47,767 nt of DNA, taken from contig JBDRNE010000037.1 of assembly GCA_043811395.1 (NCBI GenBank), positions 1 to 47,767 on the forward strand. Direction: 5' to 3'. Numbering within the stretch: the first letter of the stretch is position 1; each line of letters starts with the position of its first letter. A model generated the notes under the pieces. That model was not told where the DNA came from. It did no database searches and saw only the letters and a program-made list of their open reading frames with translations. Positions 1-9,883 of this stretch are shown here, piece by piece. The translations under genes and the position numbers were made by a program. Source of the stretch: Candidatus Omnitrophota bacterium. Its GTDB lineage: Bacteria > Omnitrophota > Gorgyraeia > Tantalellales > Tantalellaceae.

Positions 1-101
1 CACTTTGATTCATTCGCTCAAAGCCCACCCTGCTTGTCCTGCTTATCCCGAGCGACGACAGAGGGGAGATTGTTTTGCTTCGGAGAACTGAACTATTACC
101 T

Positions 102-2069
102 TTATTTGAGCATTTTTTTGAGTTTCGCGATTTGGTCGCGGTAAAGAATGGCTCGTTCAAACTGGAGGTTACGCGCGGCTTGTTCCATATCGCTTTCAAG
201 CTGGTTTACAACTTCAAGGATATCATATTCTTCTTCTGTTTCTCCTGTCACATCCTGCACAATTTTCTTGGCCTGCCGATAAGCTTCTACGCCTTCTTTT
301 ATCGCCTTTTTTATTGTGGTTGGTTTAATCCCGTTCTTTTTATTAAAATCCAGCTGTTTTTCCCTTCTTTGATTCGTAATCTCTATGGTTTTTTTCATGG
401 AATCCGTAATGTTGTCCGCGTATAAAAGCACTTCACCGTTCACGTTTCTCGCGGCTCTACCGGCCACCTGAACCAAGGAAGTCCAACTCCTTAAAAAACC
501 TTCCTTATCAGCGTCTAAAACCGCGACGAGTGACACTTCCGGCATGTCCAGTCCTTCCCTAAGAAGGTTAATGCCAATAAGGCAATCAAATTTTCCAAGT
601 CTGAGGTCCCGTATTATTTCTATACGGTCTAATGTATTTATCTCCGAATGAAGATATCTGACTCTTAATTTCATTTCTGTTAAAAAACGCGTAAGTTCTT
701 CCGCGAGTTTTTTGGTTAATGTGGTAACCAGAGTCCGTTCTTCTTTTTTCGCACGTTTTTTTATCTCTTCCGCCAGGTCATAAACTTGCCCTTCAGTAGC
801 ACGCACAATTATTGGAGGGTCGATAAGCCCGGTAGGCCTTATTACCTGATGCGCTACTATTTTGCTTTTAGAAATTTCAAAGTCAGAAGGCGTCGCTGAA
901 ACAAACAAAATCTGATTTGCTAGCTGTATAAATTCTTCAAATTTTAAAGGACGGTTATCCAAAGCCGACGGCAGGCGAAATCCATAATCAACTAAAGTTT
1001 TTTTCCGCGCCTGGTCGCCGTTATACATAGCTCTAAGTTGAGGTAAAGTCACATGAGATTCATCAATGATTATAATATAATCATCCGCGAAATAATCCAA
1101 CAAGCACCACGGCCGGCTACCCGCCGGACGCGCGGAAATATGCCTTGAATAGTTCTCGATCCCGTTGCAATAACCCAGTTCTTTCAACATATCCAAATCA
1201 AATTTTGTTCGGGTTTCAAGCCTTTGCGCTTCTAAAATTTTGCCTTCATTCCTGAGTTCTGTAAGACGTTCTTTTAATTCTTTTGAAATGGATTCTACCG
1301 CTTTTTCGATTTTTTCGTCTGTCGTAACAAAATGTTTCGCGGGATATACTGACAATTTCTCAAGATTTATAAGAATGTCGCCCGTCAGGGGGTCTATTTC
1401 CGATATACGCGTAATTGTATTTCCAAAAAATTCTATTCTATAAGCGGTTTGTTTATATGCCGGAAAAATTTCGACAATTTCACCTCTAACTCTAAACTTT
1501 CCTCTTTGGAGTCCAAAATTATTACGTTCATACTGTATGCTGACTAATTTTTTGAGGACTTCTTCCCTTTCTGTTTCTTGAGAAAGTTTCAGGTTTACAA
1601 GCATATTGGAATAATCTTCCGGCGAACCTAATCCATAAATACATGACACGCTAGCAACAATCAATACGTCTTTACGGGAAAAGAGAGAACTTGTCGCGGA
1701 CAAACGCAAGCGGTCAATATCGTCGTTTATCGCGGCATCCTTCTCAATATAGACATCCGTTTGAGGGACGTATGCTTCCGGCTGATAGTAGTCGTAATAA
1801 CTTACGAAATATTCGACAGCGTTTTTTGGGAAAAAAGTTTTAAATTCTGAAAAAAGTTGGGCCGCCAAAGTCTTATTATGCGATATAACCAGTATCGGCT
1901 TATTAACTTGTTCTATTATGTTTGCCATGGTAAAAGTTTTACCACTACCGGTAACACCCAAAAGTGTCTGAAAAGGATTTTTGCTTTGAAGAGAACGAGT
2001 GATTATTTCAATAGCTGACGGTTGGTCTCCCGCCGGTTTCAATTCTGTTATAAGTTTGAATTTTTCCAC
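102..2069 (-). CDS. uvrB: Excinuclease ABC subunit B
   Basis: GVTGSGKT Walker A, YYDYYQPEAY beta-hairpin, DESH motif, C-terminal UVR coil; GTG start. Confidence 0.98.
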   Translation of the reverse strand: MEKFKLITELKPAGDQPSAIEIITRSLQSKNPFQTLLGVTGSGKTFTMANIIEQVNKPILVISHNKTLAAQLFSEFKTFFPKNAVEYFVSYYDYYQPEAYVPQTDVYIEKDAAINDDIDRLRLSATSSLFSRKDVLIVASVSCIYGLGSPEDYSNMLVNLKLSQETEREEVLKKLVSIQYERNNFGLQRGKFRVRGEIVEIFPAYKQTAYRIEFFGNTITRISEIDPLTGDILINLEKLSVYPAKHFVTTDEKIEKAVESISKELKERLTELRNEGKILEAQRLETRTKFDLDMLKELGYCNGIENYSRHISARPAGSRPWCLLDYFADDYIIIIDESHVTLPQLRAMYNGDQARKKTLVDYGFRLPSALDNRPLKFEEFIQLANQILFVSATPSDFEISKSKIVAHQVIRPTGLIDPPIIVRATEGQVYDLAEEIKKRAKKEERTLVTTLTKKLAEELTRFLTEMKLRVRYLHSEINTLDRIEIIRDLRLGKFDCLIGINLLREGLDMPEVSLVAVLDADKEGFLRSWTSLVQVAGRAARNVNGEVLLYADNITDSMKKTIEITNQRREKQLDFNKKNGIKPTTIKKAIKEGVEAYRQAKKIVQDVTGETEEEYDILEVVNQLESDMEQAARNLQFERAILYRDQIAKLKKMLK

Positions 2070-2087
2070 TATTCACCATTCACTATT
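2067..2087. repeat. Heptamer array CACTATT-CACCATT-CACTATT at the nadC/uvrB junction
   Basis: Three units read directly; contains the nadC stop and the uvrB start. Confidence 0.8.
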
Positions 2088-2976
2088 TTCTAAAAATCAC
2101 TTCTAAACTGAAATCAACAGGATCAACCGAAGCCGTAAGTGACCCAATTGAAATAATATCCACGCCTGTTTTCGCATAATTCATTATATTGTCTTTGGTT
2201 ATACCACCTGAAACTTCAAAAATAACTTTTTGTTCCAAGCCTTTTCGATTGCGTAATTCCACGGCATGCAATACTGTTTCCGGGGTCATGTTATCCAACA
2301 TTATAACATCTGGTTTTTCTTGAAGAGCATATTCGCATTCTTTTAACGTTTCTACTTCTATTTCAATTTTGATATTTTTCTGCACATTTTCACGGCTTTT
2401 TTTTATGATCTCTTTTATTACTATGGCGCTATCTGAAATCTTTTTCTGCATACCAAAAGCTTTGATATGATTGTCTTTCAAAAGAACCATATCCCATAAG
2501 CCTTTTCTGTGATTATAACCGCCTCCGACAGTAACGGCATATTTTTGTAAATAACGATTCAGCGGAACAGTTTTACGCGTGTCATAAATTTTAACACGCG
2601 TATCTTTTACTAATTCTTTTAATTTATGCGTTCTAAAAGCTGTTCCACTCAACATGCCTAAAAAATTTAACGCGGTTCTTTCCCCTTTCAAAATAGCCTG
2701 GGCATTTCCTTCAATAAAAGCAATTTCCTGTTCCGGTTCAATATTGTCACCATCTTTTACTACAGGCCTAAATTTTAAACTGCAATCCACCGCGGAAAAA
2801 ACTCTTTCTATTATATTCACTCCACAAAGAACAGCCTTTTGGCGTGAAACAATAACGGCAGAGGCGTTTAAAAATCTGTCTATAACTGATCGCGACGTAA
2901 TGTCTCCTGGCCCAATATCTTCTTTTAATGCCGCCCTTATTATTCTATCAATCTTTTTCTTATCCAAATCTATCAT
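2083..2976 (-). CDS. nadC: Nicotinate-nucleotide diphosphorylase (quinolinate phosphoribosyltransferase)
   Basis: EDIGPGDIT, ERTALN, DTRKT, NHRKGL, LKDNH, EIEVE, MLDN, SGGIT motifs. Confidence 0.97.
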   Translation of the reverse strand: MIDLDKKKIDRIIRAALKEDIGPGDITSRSVIDRFLNASAVIVSRQKAVLCGVNIIERVFSAVDCSLKFRPVVKDGDNIEPEQEIAFIEGNAQAILKGERTALNFLGMLSGTAFRTHKLKELVKDTRVKIYDTRKTVPLNRYLQKYAVTVGGGYNHRKGLWDMVLLKDNHIKAFGMQKKISDSAIVIKEIIKKSRENVQKNIKIEIEVETLKECEYALQEKPDVIMLDNMTPETVLHAVELRNRKGLEQKVIFEVSGGITKDNIMNYAKTGVDIISIGSLTASVDPVDFSLEVIFRK

Positions 2977-2993
2977 TTCTTCTCCCTTTTTAT

Positions 2994-3275
2994 TTAGTTA
3001 TCAGGGCGGGGCGACCCCGCTCCTACGATGTTGATTATTCCATGTAAATGGTTCGGCATGACAATAAATTCGTTCATTTCTATATTCGAAAATCGTTGAG
3101 GCAATTTACACCAATCATCCACAATCATATTCCCCAGATCATTCAAAATCATTTCACTGTTTCGCACACAACCGAACATGCACTTGTGAGCATTCACACA
3201 TACAGTCACAGCATACGCACCTTCTTGCGTATAATCATACATTTTTAATCGAATTGATTTACGGCATCGCTTCAT
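2994..3275 (-). pseudogene. Truncated REP-associated tyrosine transposase (RAYT, HUH Y1), N-terminal half only
   Basis: RKSIRLKMYDY..GAYAVTVC..MPNHLHGII; ORF ends just after an in-frame REP; catalytic-Tyr half absent. Confidence 0.85.
2998..3028 (-). repeat. GTAG-type REP, copy 1 (in the RAYT 3' end)
   Basis: Minus strand GTAG-GAGCGGGG-TCG-CCCCGCCC; 29/31 identical to 3322-3352. Confidence 0.9.
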
Positions 3276-3321
3276 AATCCAAGAACCTCATCCTTAAATT
3301 TTCCCGTCTCTTTTTTAACGA

Positions 3322-3352
3322 TTATCAGGGCGGGGCGACCCCTCCCCTACGA
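3322..3352 (-). repeat. GTAG-type REP, copy 2 (upstream of the RAYT)
   Basis: Minus strand GTAG-GGGAGGGG-TCG-CCCCGCCC. Confidence 0.9.
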
Positions 3353-3376
3353 CGGAAGTGCGACTTTCCTTTGTAT

Positions 3377-4117
3377 CTACGAATTTAACTTCGTTTTAAG
3401 TTTTTCTACTTCCGCCTCCGTCAACTCTCGATATTCCCCTTGCTTGACACCTTTTAACGATAAACCGGCGTAACGCACGCGTTTTAATTCTAAAACCCTG
3501 GTTCCGCAAGTCTCAAACATTCTTCGAATTTGACGGTTCCGACCTTCATGCAGGTTTATGCAATAAATTGTTCCCTTGGACAAAAAAACTTTATCCTTTT
3601 CCGTTTTATACTCTTTTATCCTGCAGGGGGATGTTAATTTTTCGTCAAGCTTAACGCCCATTCTAAGTTCTTTAAGTGCTTTGGAAGAAAGAGCCTCTTT
3701 AACTAAAACCATATATTCCTTTTCAACTTCAAAACTTGGATGCATTAGTTTATGAGCCAACGGGCCGTCATTCGTAACAATAATAGCGCCCGTGGTATCC
3801 CTGTCAAGCCTGCCTACAGGATATAGCCTTGCCTGTATATCTTTAAAAAAATCTGTTATTATTTTTCTGTTATGAGTGTCACGCGCGGTAGAAATAACAT
3901 TTTTAGGTTTATGGAACAAAAAATAGTATTTTTTTTCTTTTTGAGGCAATAATTTGCCATTTACATATATCTTGTTTTTATCAAGATCGACACGAAAGCC
4001 TTTTTCAAAAACAACCTTGCCGTCCACTTTAACTTTTCCTTCTTCAACGAGTTTAGCACTAGCCCGTCTTGAAGCTATACCCGCGCACGCAATAACTGTC
4101 TGCAATCGTTGTTTCAT
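3377..4117 (-). CDS. rluB: rRNA pseudouridine synthase, RsuA/RluB family
   Basis: S4 domain (GIASRR), catalytic GRLD, EGRNRQIRRM; exact paralogue uncertain. Confidence 0.85.
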   Translation of the reverse strand: MKQRLQTVIACAGIASRRASAKLVEEGKVKVDGKVVFEKGFRVDLDKNKIYVNGKLLPQKEKKYYFLFHKPKNVISTARDTHNRKIITDFFKDIQARLYPVGRLDRDTTGAIIVTNDGPLAHKLMHPSFEVEKEYMVLVKEALSSKALKELRMGVKLDEKLTSPCRIKEYKTEKDKVFLSKGTIYCINLHEGRNRQIRRMFETCGTRVLELKRVRYAGLSLKGVKQGEYRELTEAEVEKLKTKLNS

Positions 4118-4144
4118 AAAAAGTAATATGGCATTAATTGTTTT

Positions 4145-6832
4145 TTATTTCAAAGCAGACAGATTGTCTTTAAGCGTTTTTAGTTCCTGCTCAAACTTCT
4201 GCTTTTTATTTTTTTCTTTTAAAACAATATCCTGCGGGGCTTTATCAAGAAACGACTTATTTTTAAGTTTATTGGAAATGCCGGAGAGATACCGTTCAAG
4301 TTCCTGAACCTTTGAGTCTATCCGCGTTTTTTCTTCTTTAAGGTCTATCTGCGCCTCTAAAGGAATAAAAAACTTTATACCCTGAACTATTCCCGCGACC
4401 GACTGTTCTGGTCGGGAAACACCGCTATCAATTTTTATAATCGCGCAACGCGCGAATTGTTCTATACATTGTCTATTCTCCTCCAAAAGCTTTTTGTTTT
4501 CATCCCCCGCAGGATCAAAAAATACATCAATAGACGCATTATGCTTTATATTCCAAAAAGCGCGGATATTCCGAATCGCCGTTATAACTTTTATCAAGGT
4601 TTCCATGGAAAGAACAGCTTTTTTATCGGTAAAATTTTTATCCGGCTGAGGCCATTCTGACGCCATTATCCAGCCTTTTTCTTTTAAAGGCAAGTTCTGC
4701 GATATTTCTTCGGTTATAAAAGGCATTATTGGATGTAAGAGTTTTAATGCCTGTTTCAAAACCAACACTAAAACTTTTTGAACTGTAATCTTATTTTCTG
4801 AAAATTTTGAAAATTCCAGATACCAGTCACAATATTTGTGCCAAATAAAGTCATACAAAATACCCGCGGCATCATTAAATCTATAAGCTATAAATGCTTT
4901 TGTTACGTTTTGAATAGCATTATTCAATGAGCCCAATATCCACTTATCCGCAAGAGTTAAACTCTCTTTTTCAATTTCACCACCGACAGCGGTTTCATCT
5001 AACCCTAACAAAACATAACGCGAAGCATTCCATATTTTATTGGCAAAATTACGGCCAAGTTCGAACTTCTCTTTTGATAAAAAAACGTCTTGTCCCTGTG
5101 AAGTAATCGAGATGATACTAAATCTTAAAGCGTCACTACCGACCTCATCAATAATGTCAAGCGGGTCTATAACGTTACCTAAAGATTTCGACATTTTTGT
5201 TCCGCTCGCGTCCCTGACAGTGCCATGTATATAAACGTCTCTGAAAGGTATCTCTTTGTTGAACTTAAGACCGGCCATAATCATTCGGGCAACCCAAAAA
5301 AATATAATTTCAGGCGCGGTAACTAATACATCCGTAGGATAAAACATTTTTAATTCTTCTGTATTTTCAGGCCAGCCAAGCGTGGAAAAAGGCCACAACC
5401 ACGAACTAAACCATGTATCAAGAACATCTGGATCCTGTTCGATATTTAATGAACCGCAAACAGGACAATTTTCATATTTTTCTCCGACAAAAACTCCTTT
5501 TTTGTCCGGAGAATTCACTTCAACATCACGAACATTGTCATATTTTAAGCAATCTTTACAATACCATACCGGGATACGATGCCCCCACCATATTTGGCGC
5601 GACACACACCAATCTCTTATGTTTTCCATCCAGTTAAGATAAACTTTTGTCCAACGCGCGGGATAAAACTTTATTTTTTCTTCTTTTACAACTTTAATCG
5701 CGGGTTTTGCCAATGGCTTCATTTTTACAAACCATTGTTTTGAAAGGCGGGGCTCAACAACCGTATGACACCTATAACAATGCCCAACAGCATGAACGTG
5801 TCTTTCTGATTTTATAAAAAGATGTCGCAGTTTCAAATCATCAAGTATAGCTTCTCTGCACTCAAATCTATCCATACCTTCATAATCGCCGCCTAAAGCA
5901 TTTATTCTGCCGTCCGAGTGCATTACGTTTATGTTTTCCAAATTATACTTTTTCCCTAATTCAAAATCCATCGGATCATGCGCGGGTGTAACTTTAAGCG
6001 CGCCCGTACCGAACTCCGGATCCACGTTCTCGTCAAATATAATTTTTAAATCACGCTTAATAATCGGCAAAATCAAAGTCTTTCCGTGAAGACTAGCATA
6101 CCTTTTATCTTTAGGATTAACCGCGACTGCCACATCACCCAACATTGTTTCGGGACGCGTAGTCGCTACCACAACATAATCTTCATTTTCTTTAACAAGC
6201 TTTTCTCTGCCCTTAACGGGATACTTAAGATAATACAACATACCTTCTATGTCCCGATGTTCCGCTTCTTCATCACTAAGCGCGGTTGTACATCTCGGGC
6301 ACCAATTTATTATATAGTCTCCCTTATAAACCAATCCGTCTTTATAGAGCCGCGAAAAAACTTCCCTAACAGCGTTTGAAAGACCTTCGTCCATAGTAAA
6401 CCGGGTCCTATCCCAATCACAGGAACATCCAAGCTTTTTAAGCTGATGAATAATGGTACTACCGTATTCTTCTTTCCACTGCCAAACTTTTTCCAGAAAT
6501 TTTTCACGCCCTAAATCAGCTCTTTTTAAATTTTGTTTCGCGATTTCCCTCTCAACAACATTCTGAGTAGCTATGCCGGCATGGTCAGTACCCGGCATCC
6601 ACAAAGTTTCAAACCCTTGCATGCGTTTCCATCTTATCAATATGTCCTGTAACGTGTTATTAAGAGCGTGCCCCATATGAAGAATACCTGTAACATTCGG
6701 AGGCGGAATAACTATGCAATAAGGCTTTTTTTCTTTTCTTGCGCTGGCATGAAAAAGATTTTCTTTAAGCCACTCGTTATAGATTTCTTCTTCTTTTTGT
6801 TTTGGATTATACCTGGTAGGAAGATCTTTCAT
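4145..6832 (-). CDS. valS: Valine--tRNA ligase
   Basis: PPPNVTGILHMGH, SRQIWWGH, DTWFSS, KMSKS, C-terminal coiled coil. Confidence 0.98.
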   Translation of the reverse strand: MKDLPTRYNPKQKEEEIYNEWLKENLFHASARKEKKPYCIVIPPPNVTGILHMGHALNNTLQDILIRWKRMQGFETLWMPGTDHAGIATQNVVEREIAKQNLKRADLGREKFLEKVWQWKEEYGSTIIHQLKKLGCSCDWDRTRFTMDEGLSNAVREVFSRLYKDGLVYKGDYIINWCPRCTTALSDEEAEHRDIEGMLYYLKYPVKGREKLVKENEDYVVVATTRPETMLGDVAVAVNPKDKRYASLHGKTLILPIIKRDLKIIFDENVDPEFGTGALKVTPAHDPMDFELGKKYNLENINVMHSDGRINALGGDYEGMDRFECREAILDDLKLRHLFIKSERHVHAVGHCYRCHTVVEPRLSKQWFVKMKPLAKPAIKVVKEEKIKFYPARWTKVYLNWMENIRDWCVSRQIWWGHRIPVWYCKDCLKYDNVRDVEVNSPDKKGVFVGEKYENCPVCGSLNIEQDPDVLDTWFSSWLWPFSTLGWPENTEELKMFYPTDVLVTAPEIIFFWVARMIMAGLKFNKEIPFRDVYIHGTVRDASGTKMSKSLGNVIDPLDIIDEVGSDALRFSIISITSQGQDVFLSKEKFELGRNFANKIWNASRYVLLGLDETAVGGEIEKESLTLADKWILGSLNNAIQNVTKAFIAYRFNDAAGILYDFIWHKYCDWYLEFSKFSENKITVQKVLVLVLKQALKLLHPIMPFITEEISQNLPLKEKGWIMASEWPQPDKNFTDKKAVLSMETLIKVITAIRNIRAFWNIKHNASIDVFFDPAGDENKKLLEENRQCIEQFARCAIIKIDSGVSRPEQSVAGIVQGIKFFIPLEAQIDLKEEKTRIDSKVQELERYLSGISNKLKNKSFLDKAPQDIVLKEKNKKQKFEQELKTLKDNLSALK

Positions 6833-8409
6833 TTATTCCTCTTCTCCTCCTTTTTCATAAATTTATATTCAACTGAATCTTTAAGCGCCAGCCAACAAGC
6901 TTCAATTATGTTTCCAGAAACCCCTACTGTCCACCACGAATCTGTTTTATCCTGAGACTGAATAAGAACTCTGACTTTAGCGGCAGTACCAGATTTTTCA
7001 TCAAGTACGCGCACACGAAAATCCGAAAGATGCATTTCCTTTAATGCCGGAAAAAACTCTACTAAAGATTTACGAAGCGCTTTATCCAAAGCGTGTACCG
7101 GACCATCCCCAAGCGAAACCGTATGCCGAAATTCATCCCCTATTTTTAGTTTAAGCGTTGCTTCAGAAACAATCGGTCCATTTTGTCTTTTCTCGACAAT
7201 AACTCTAAAGTCTTCCATCTCAAACTGTTTTTTAAAAAGCCCGGCGGCTTTTTTCATCAATAAAACAAGCGATGCTTCAGCCAGTTCAAATTGATATCCC
7301 TCTTTTTCTAAATCCTGTACGGCAGACAAAATTTTATTTGCCTCGGTTGAAGACTTATCAATCCCCAGGCCAAATTCATCAGCTTTATCTATAATGCTTG
7401 ATTTTCCAGAAAGTTCAGAAATAAGCATTCTACGCTTATTTCCAACCACTAAAGGGTCAATATGTTCATAACTCTTACTATTTTTGAGTATCGCGTTCAC
7501 ATGTACTCCCGCTTTATGGGCAAACGCACTTTCACCCACATAAGGCTGGTTATCCTGTTGTCGCACATTTGAAATTTCAGCGATATATATCGCGCTTTCC
7601 GTTAATTCCTTAAAAGCAAACTCCGAAAGACAATCCATTCCCAGTTTAAATTTTAAAGCTGGTAGAATGGACACAAGATTCGCGTTCCCACATCTTTCGC
7701 CATATCCATTAAATGTACCTTGGACTTGAATGCACCCCGCCTGAACTGCCGCGACAGAATTAGCAACAGCCATATCCGCATCGTTATGAACGTGAATACC
7801 TAAAGGAACTTTTATTTTTTTCCGCACTTCTTCTACAACTTCAAATATCCTGCTGGTAATCCCTCCCCCATTTGTATCACAAAGAATTAAAACTTCGGCA
7901 CCACCGTTCGCGGCCGCTTTTAAAGTTTCAAACGCGTATTTTGGATTATTTGCATACCCGTCAAAAAAATGTTCCGCGTCAAAAAAAACATGACGCCCTT
8001 TTTTGCTCAGATACTTAACTGAATCCTCTATCATGTTGAGGTTTTCTTTAAGTGTAGTTCTTAAAATTTGTTTCGCGTGGAAATCCCAGCTTTTACCGAA
8101 AATCGTTAAATACTTTGTCTGGGCTTTGAGTAATCCCTTCATAACAATATCGTCTGCCGGCGCGGTATTCGCTCGACGCGTACTGCCAAAAGCGACAAGT
8201 TTAGAATTTTTCAATTTAAGAGACCTGGCCGCTTCCATGAAAAACTCATCATCTTTAGGGTTCGACCCCGGCCATCCGCCCTCTATAAAATCCACAGATA
8301 ATTCATCAAGTTTTTTTGCAATTCTGATTTTGTCTTTAACAGAAAAGGATATCCCTTCTGATTGAGCGCCATCTCTCAACGTTGTATCATAAATATAAAC
8401 TTTTTTCAT
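6829..8409 (-). CDS. cimA: Citramalate synthase
   Basis: DTTLRDGAQ, GGWPGSNPKD, FFDAEHFFDG, AFAHKAGVH, regulatory domain. Confidence 0.93.
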   Translation of the reverse strand: MKKVYIYDTTLRDGAQSEGISFSVKDKIRIAKKLDELSVDFIEGGWPGSNPKDDEFFMEAARSLKLKNSKLVAFGSTRRANTAPADDIVMKGLLKAQTKYLTIFGKSWDFHAKQILRTTLKENLNMIEDSVKYLSKKGRHVFFDAEHFFDGYANNPKYAFETLKAAANGGAEVLILCDTNGGGITSRIFEVVEEVRKKIKVPLGIHVHNDADMAVANSVAAVQAGCIQVQGTFNGYGERCGNANLVSILPALKFKLGMDCLSEFAFKELTESAIYIAEISNVRQQDNQPYVGESAFAHKAGVHVNAILKNSKSYEHIDPLVVGNKRRMLISELSGKSSIIDKADEFGLGIDKSSTEANKILSAVQDLEKEGYQFELAEASLVLLMKKAAGLFKKQFEMEDFRVIVEKRQNGPIVSEATLKLKIGDEFRHTVSLGDGPVHALDKALRKSLVEFFPALKEMHLSDFRVRVLDEKSGTAAKVRVLIQSQDKTDSWWTVGVSGNIIEACWLALKDSVEYKFMKKEEKRNK

Positions 8410-8478
8410 TTTTTTGCCCTCTTGGTTAATATGTCATTTGTCGCCTGCAAAACAGTAAAGCGAAACATCTCTACAATT

Positions 8479-8502
8479 AGACAAGGCTTGCCTTACCCCA
8501 AC
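8479..8502 (-). repeat. Degenerate REP-like hairpin between lysC and cimA
   Basis: Minus strand GTTG-GGGTAAGGC-AA-GCCTTGTCT; a further GTAG at 8471-8474. Confidence 0.5.
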
Positions 8503-8513
8503 CAGCAAACCAG

Positions 8514-9755
8514 TTACTTTACTCTTTTTTTGTTCAATCCAAACGCCTTATGGAGAGCTCTCACAGCGTTATCTGCTTGTTTTTTTTCAACGATACAGGA
8601 AATCTTAATTTCACTAGTCGATATCATTTTAATATTAATTTTTTCGATAGCTAACGCGTTAAACATTTTTGCCGCGACTCCCGAATGACTACGCATGCCA
8701 ATACCCACAACCGAAACTTTTGCTATATCTTTATCGTATCTTACATCTTTGGCGTTTATATCTTTTACGATCTTTTCAATTTCTTTTTTTATTTTTTGCA
8801 AATCTTTTCCTTCAACAGTAAACGAAATATCCGTAGCTTTTGTTCGTGATATATTCTGTACAATCATATCTACGTTTATATCAGCCTTTGCCAATCGTTC
8901 AAATAGCCTGCTAGCTTCTCCCGGCTTATCAGGAACATCACATACTGTGACTTTTGCCTCGCCTTTATTCACCGTAACGCCGCGCACCAGGACATCTTCC
9001 ATATCTTTAACCTCCCTAGTTATCACTGTTCCTTCTTCTGTAGAAAAACTTGACCTCACCTGCATCGGAACATTAAATTTTCCGGCAACTTCCATGCTTC
9101 GCGCCTGCATAACCTGTGCTCCAAGCGACGCCATTTCAAGCATTTCTTCATAACTTATACTATCCAACTTGCGGGCAGACGGCACTATGCGCGGGTCAGC
9201 CGTGTAAACTCCTTTAACATCCGTATATATTTCGCACATTTTCGCTTTCAAAACTTTTGCTAACGCCACTGCCGTCATATCCGAACCGCCCCTGCCTAAA
9301 GTAGTTATTTCCTGATCTAAATTTATTCCTTGGAAACCTGCCACAATAACTATTTTCCCTTGCAAAAGCTCTTTTTGAATTCTCTTGGTGCTAACATCTA
9401 AAATCTTAGCTTTTGTATGCGAGGAATCAGTAATAATCCCAACTTGCGCGCCGGTAAAAGAAATCGCTTCACGGCCAAGCTCAGTTAAAGCCATAGCCAA
9501 AAGAGCTACTGACACCTGTTCTCCGGTAGATATAAGCATATCTAGTTCCCGTTCAGGAGGAGTTTTACTAATCTCGCCCGCGAGACTTAAAAGTTCATCT
9601 GTCGTGTCACCCAGGGCGGAAACCACAACCACTACATCATATCCCTTTTCCCTGCAAGAAGCGACTCTCTTAGCAACTTCAATAATTCTTGCCGGATTCG
9701 CCACACTGCTTCCGCCATACTTCTGTACTATTACGCCTTTTGTCCTTTTTTTCAT
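8514..9755 (-). CDS. lysC: Aspartate kinase with two ACT domains
   Basis: VQKYGGSS, TTLGRGGSD, ADPR; start moved to ATG 9755 after a GGGG SD-like site. Confidence 0.96.
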   Translation of the reverse strand: MKKRTKGVIVQKYGGSSVANPARIIEVAKRVASCREKGYDVVVVVSALGDTTDELLSLAGEISKTPPERELDMLISTGEQVSVALLAMALTELGREAISFTGAQVGIITDSSHTKAKILDVSTKRIQKELLQGKIVIVAGFQGINLDQEITTLGRGGSDMTAVALAKVLKAKMCEIYTDVKGVYTADPRIVPSARKLDSISYEEMLEMASLGAQVMQARSMEVAGKFNVPMQVRSSFSTEEGTVITREVKDMEDVLVRGVTVNKGEAKVTVCDVPDKPGEASRLFERLAKADINVDMIVQNISRTKATDISFTVEGKDLQKIKKEIEKIVKDINAKDVRYDKDIAKVSVVGIGMRSHSGVAAKMFNALAIEKINIKMISTSEIKISCIVEKKQADNAVRALHKAFGLNKKRVK

Positions 9756-9883
9756 CGTAATCTTATCCCCTATTTTTAACATAACGCGTGTAAAAAATTT
9801 CCCCCTCGATTTTACCGTACACATAACCTATCGCAGAGTTTTAACAAAGTATCAAAGCACGGTACAAACAGAATATCAAAGGA

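Noticed and set aside
9756-9883. Possible lysine riboswitch before lysC
   Set aside because: The spacer is only about 130 nt, with no recognisable aptamer or terminator.
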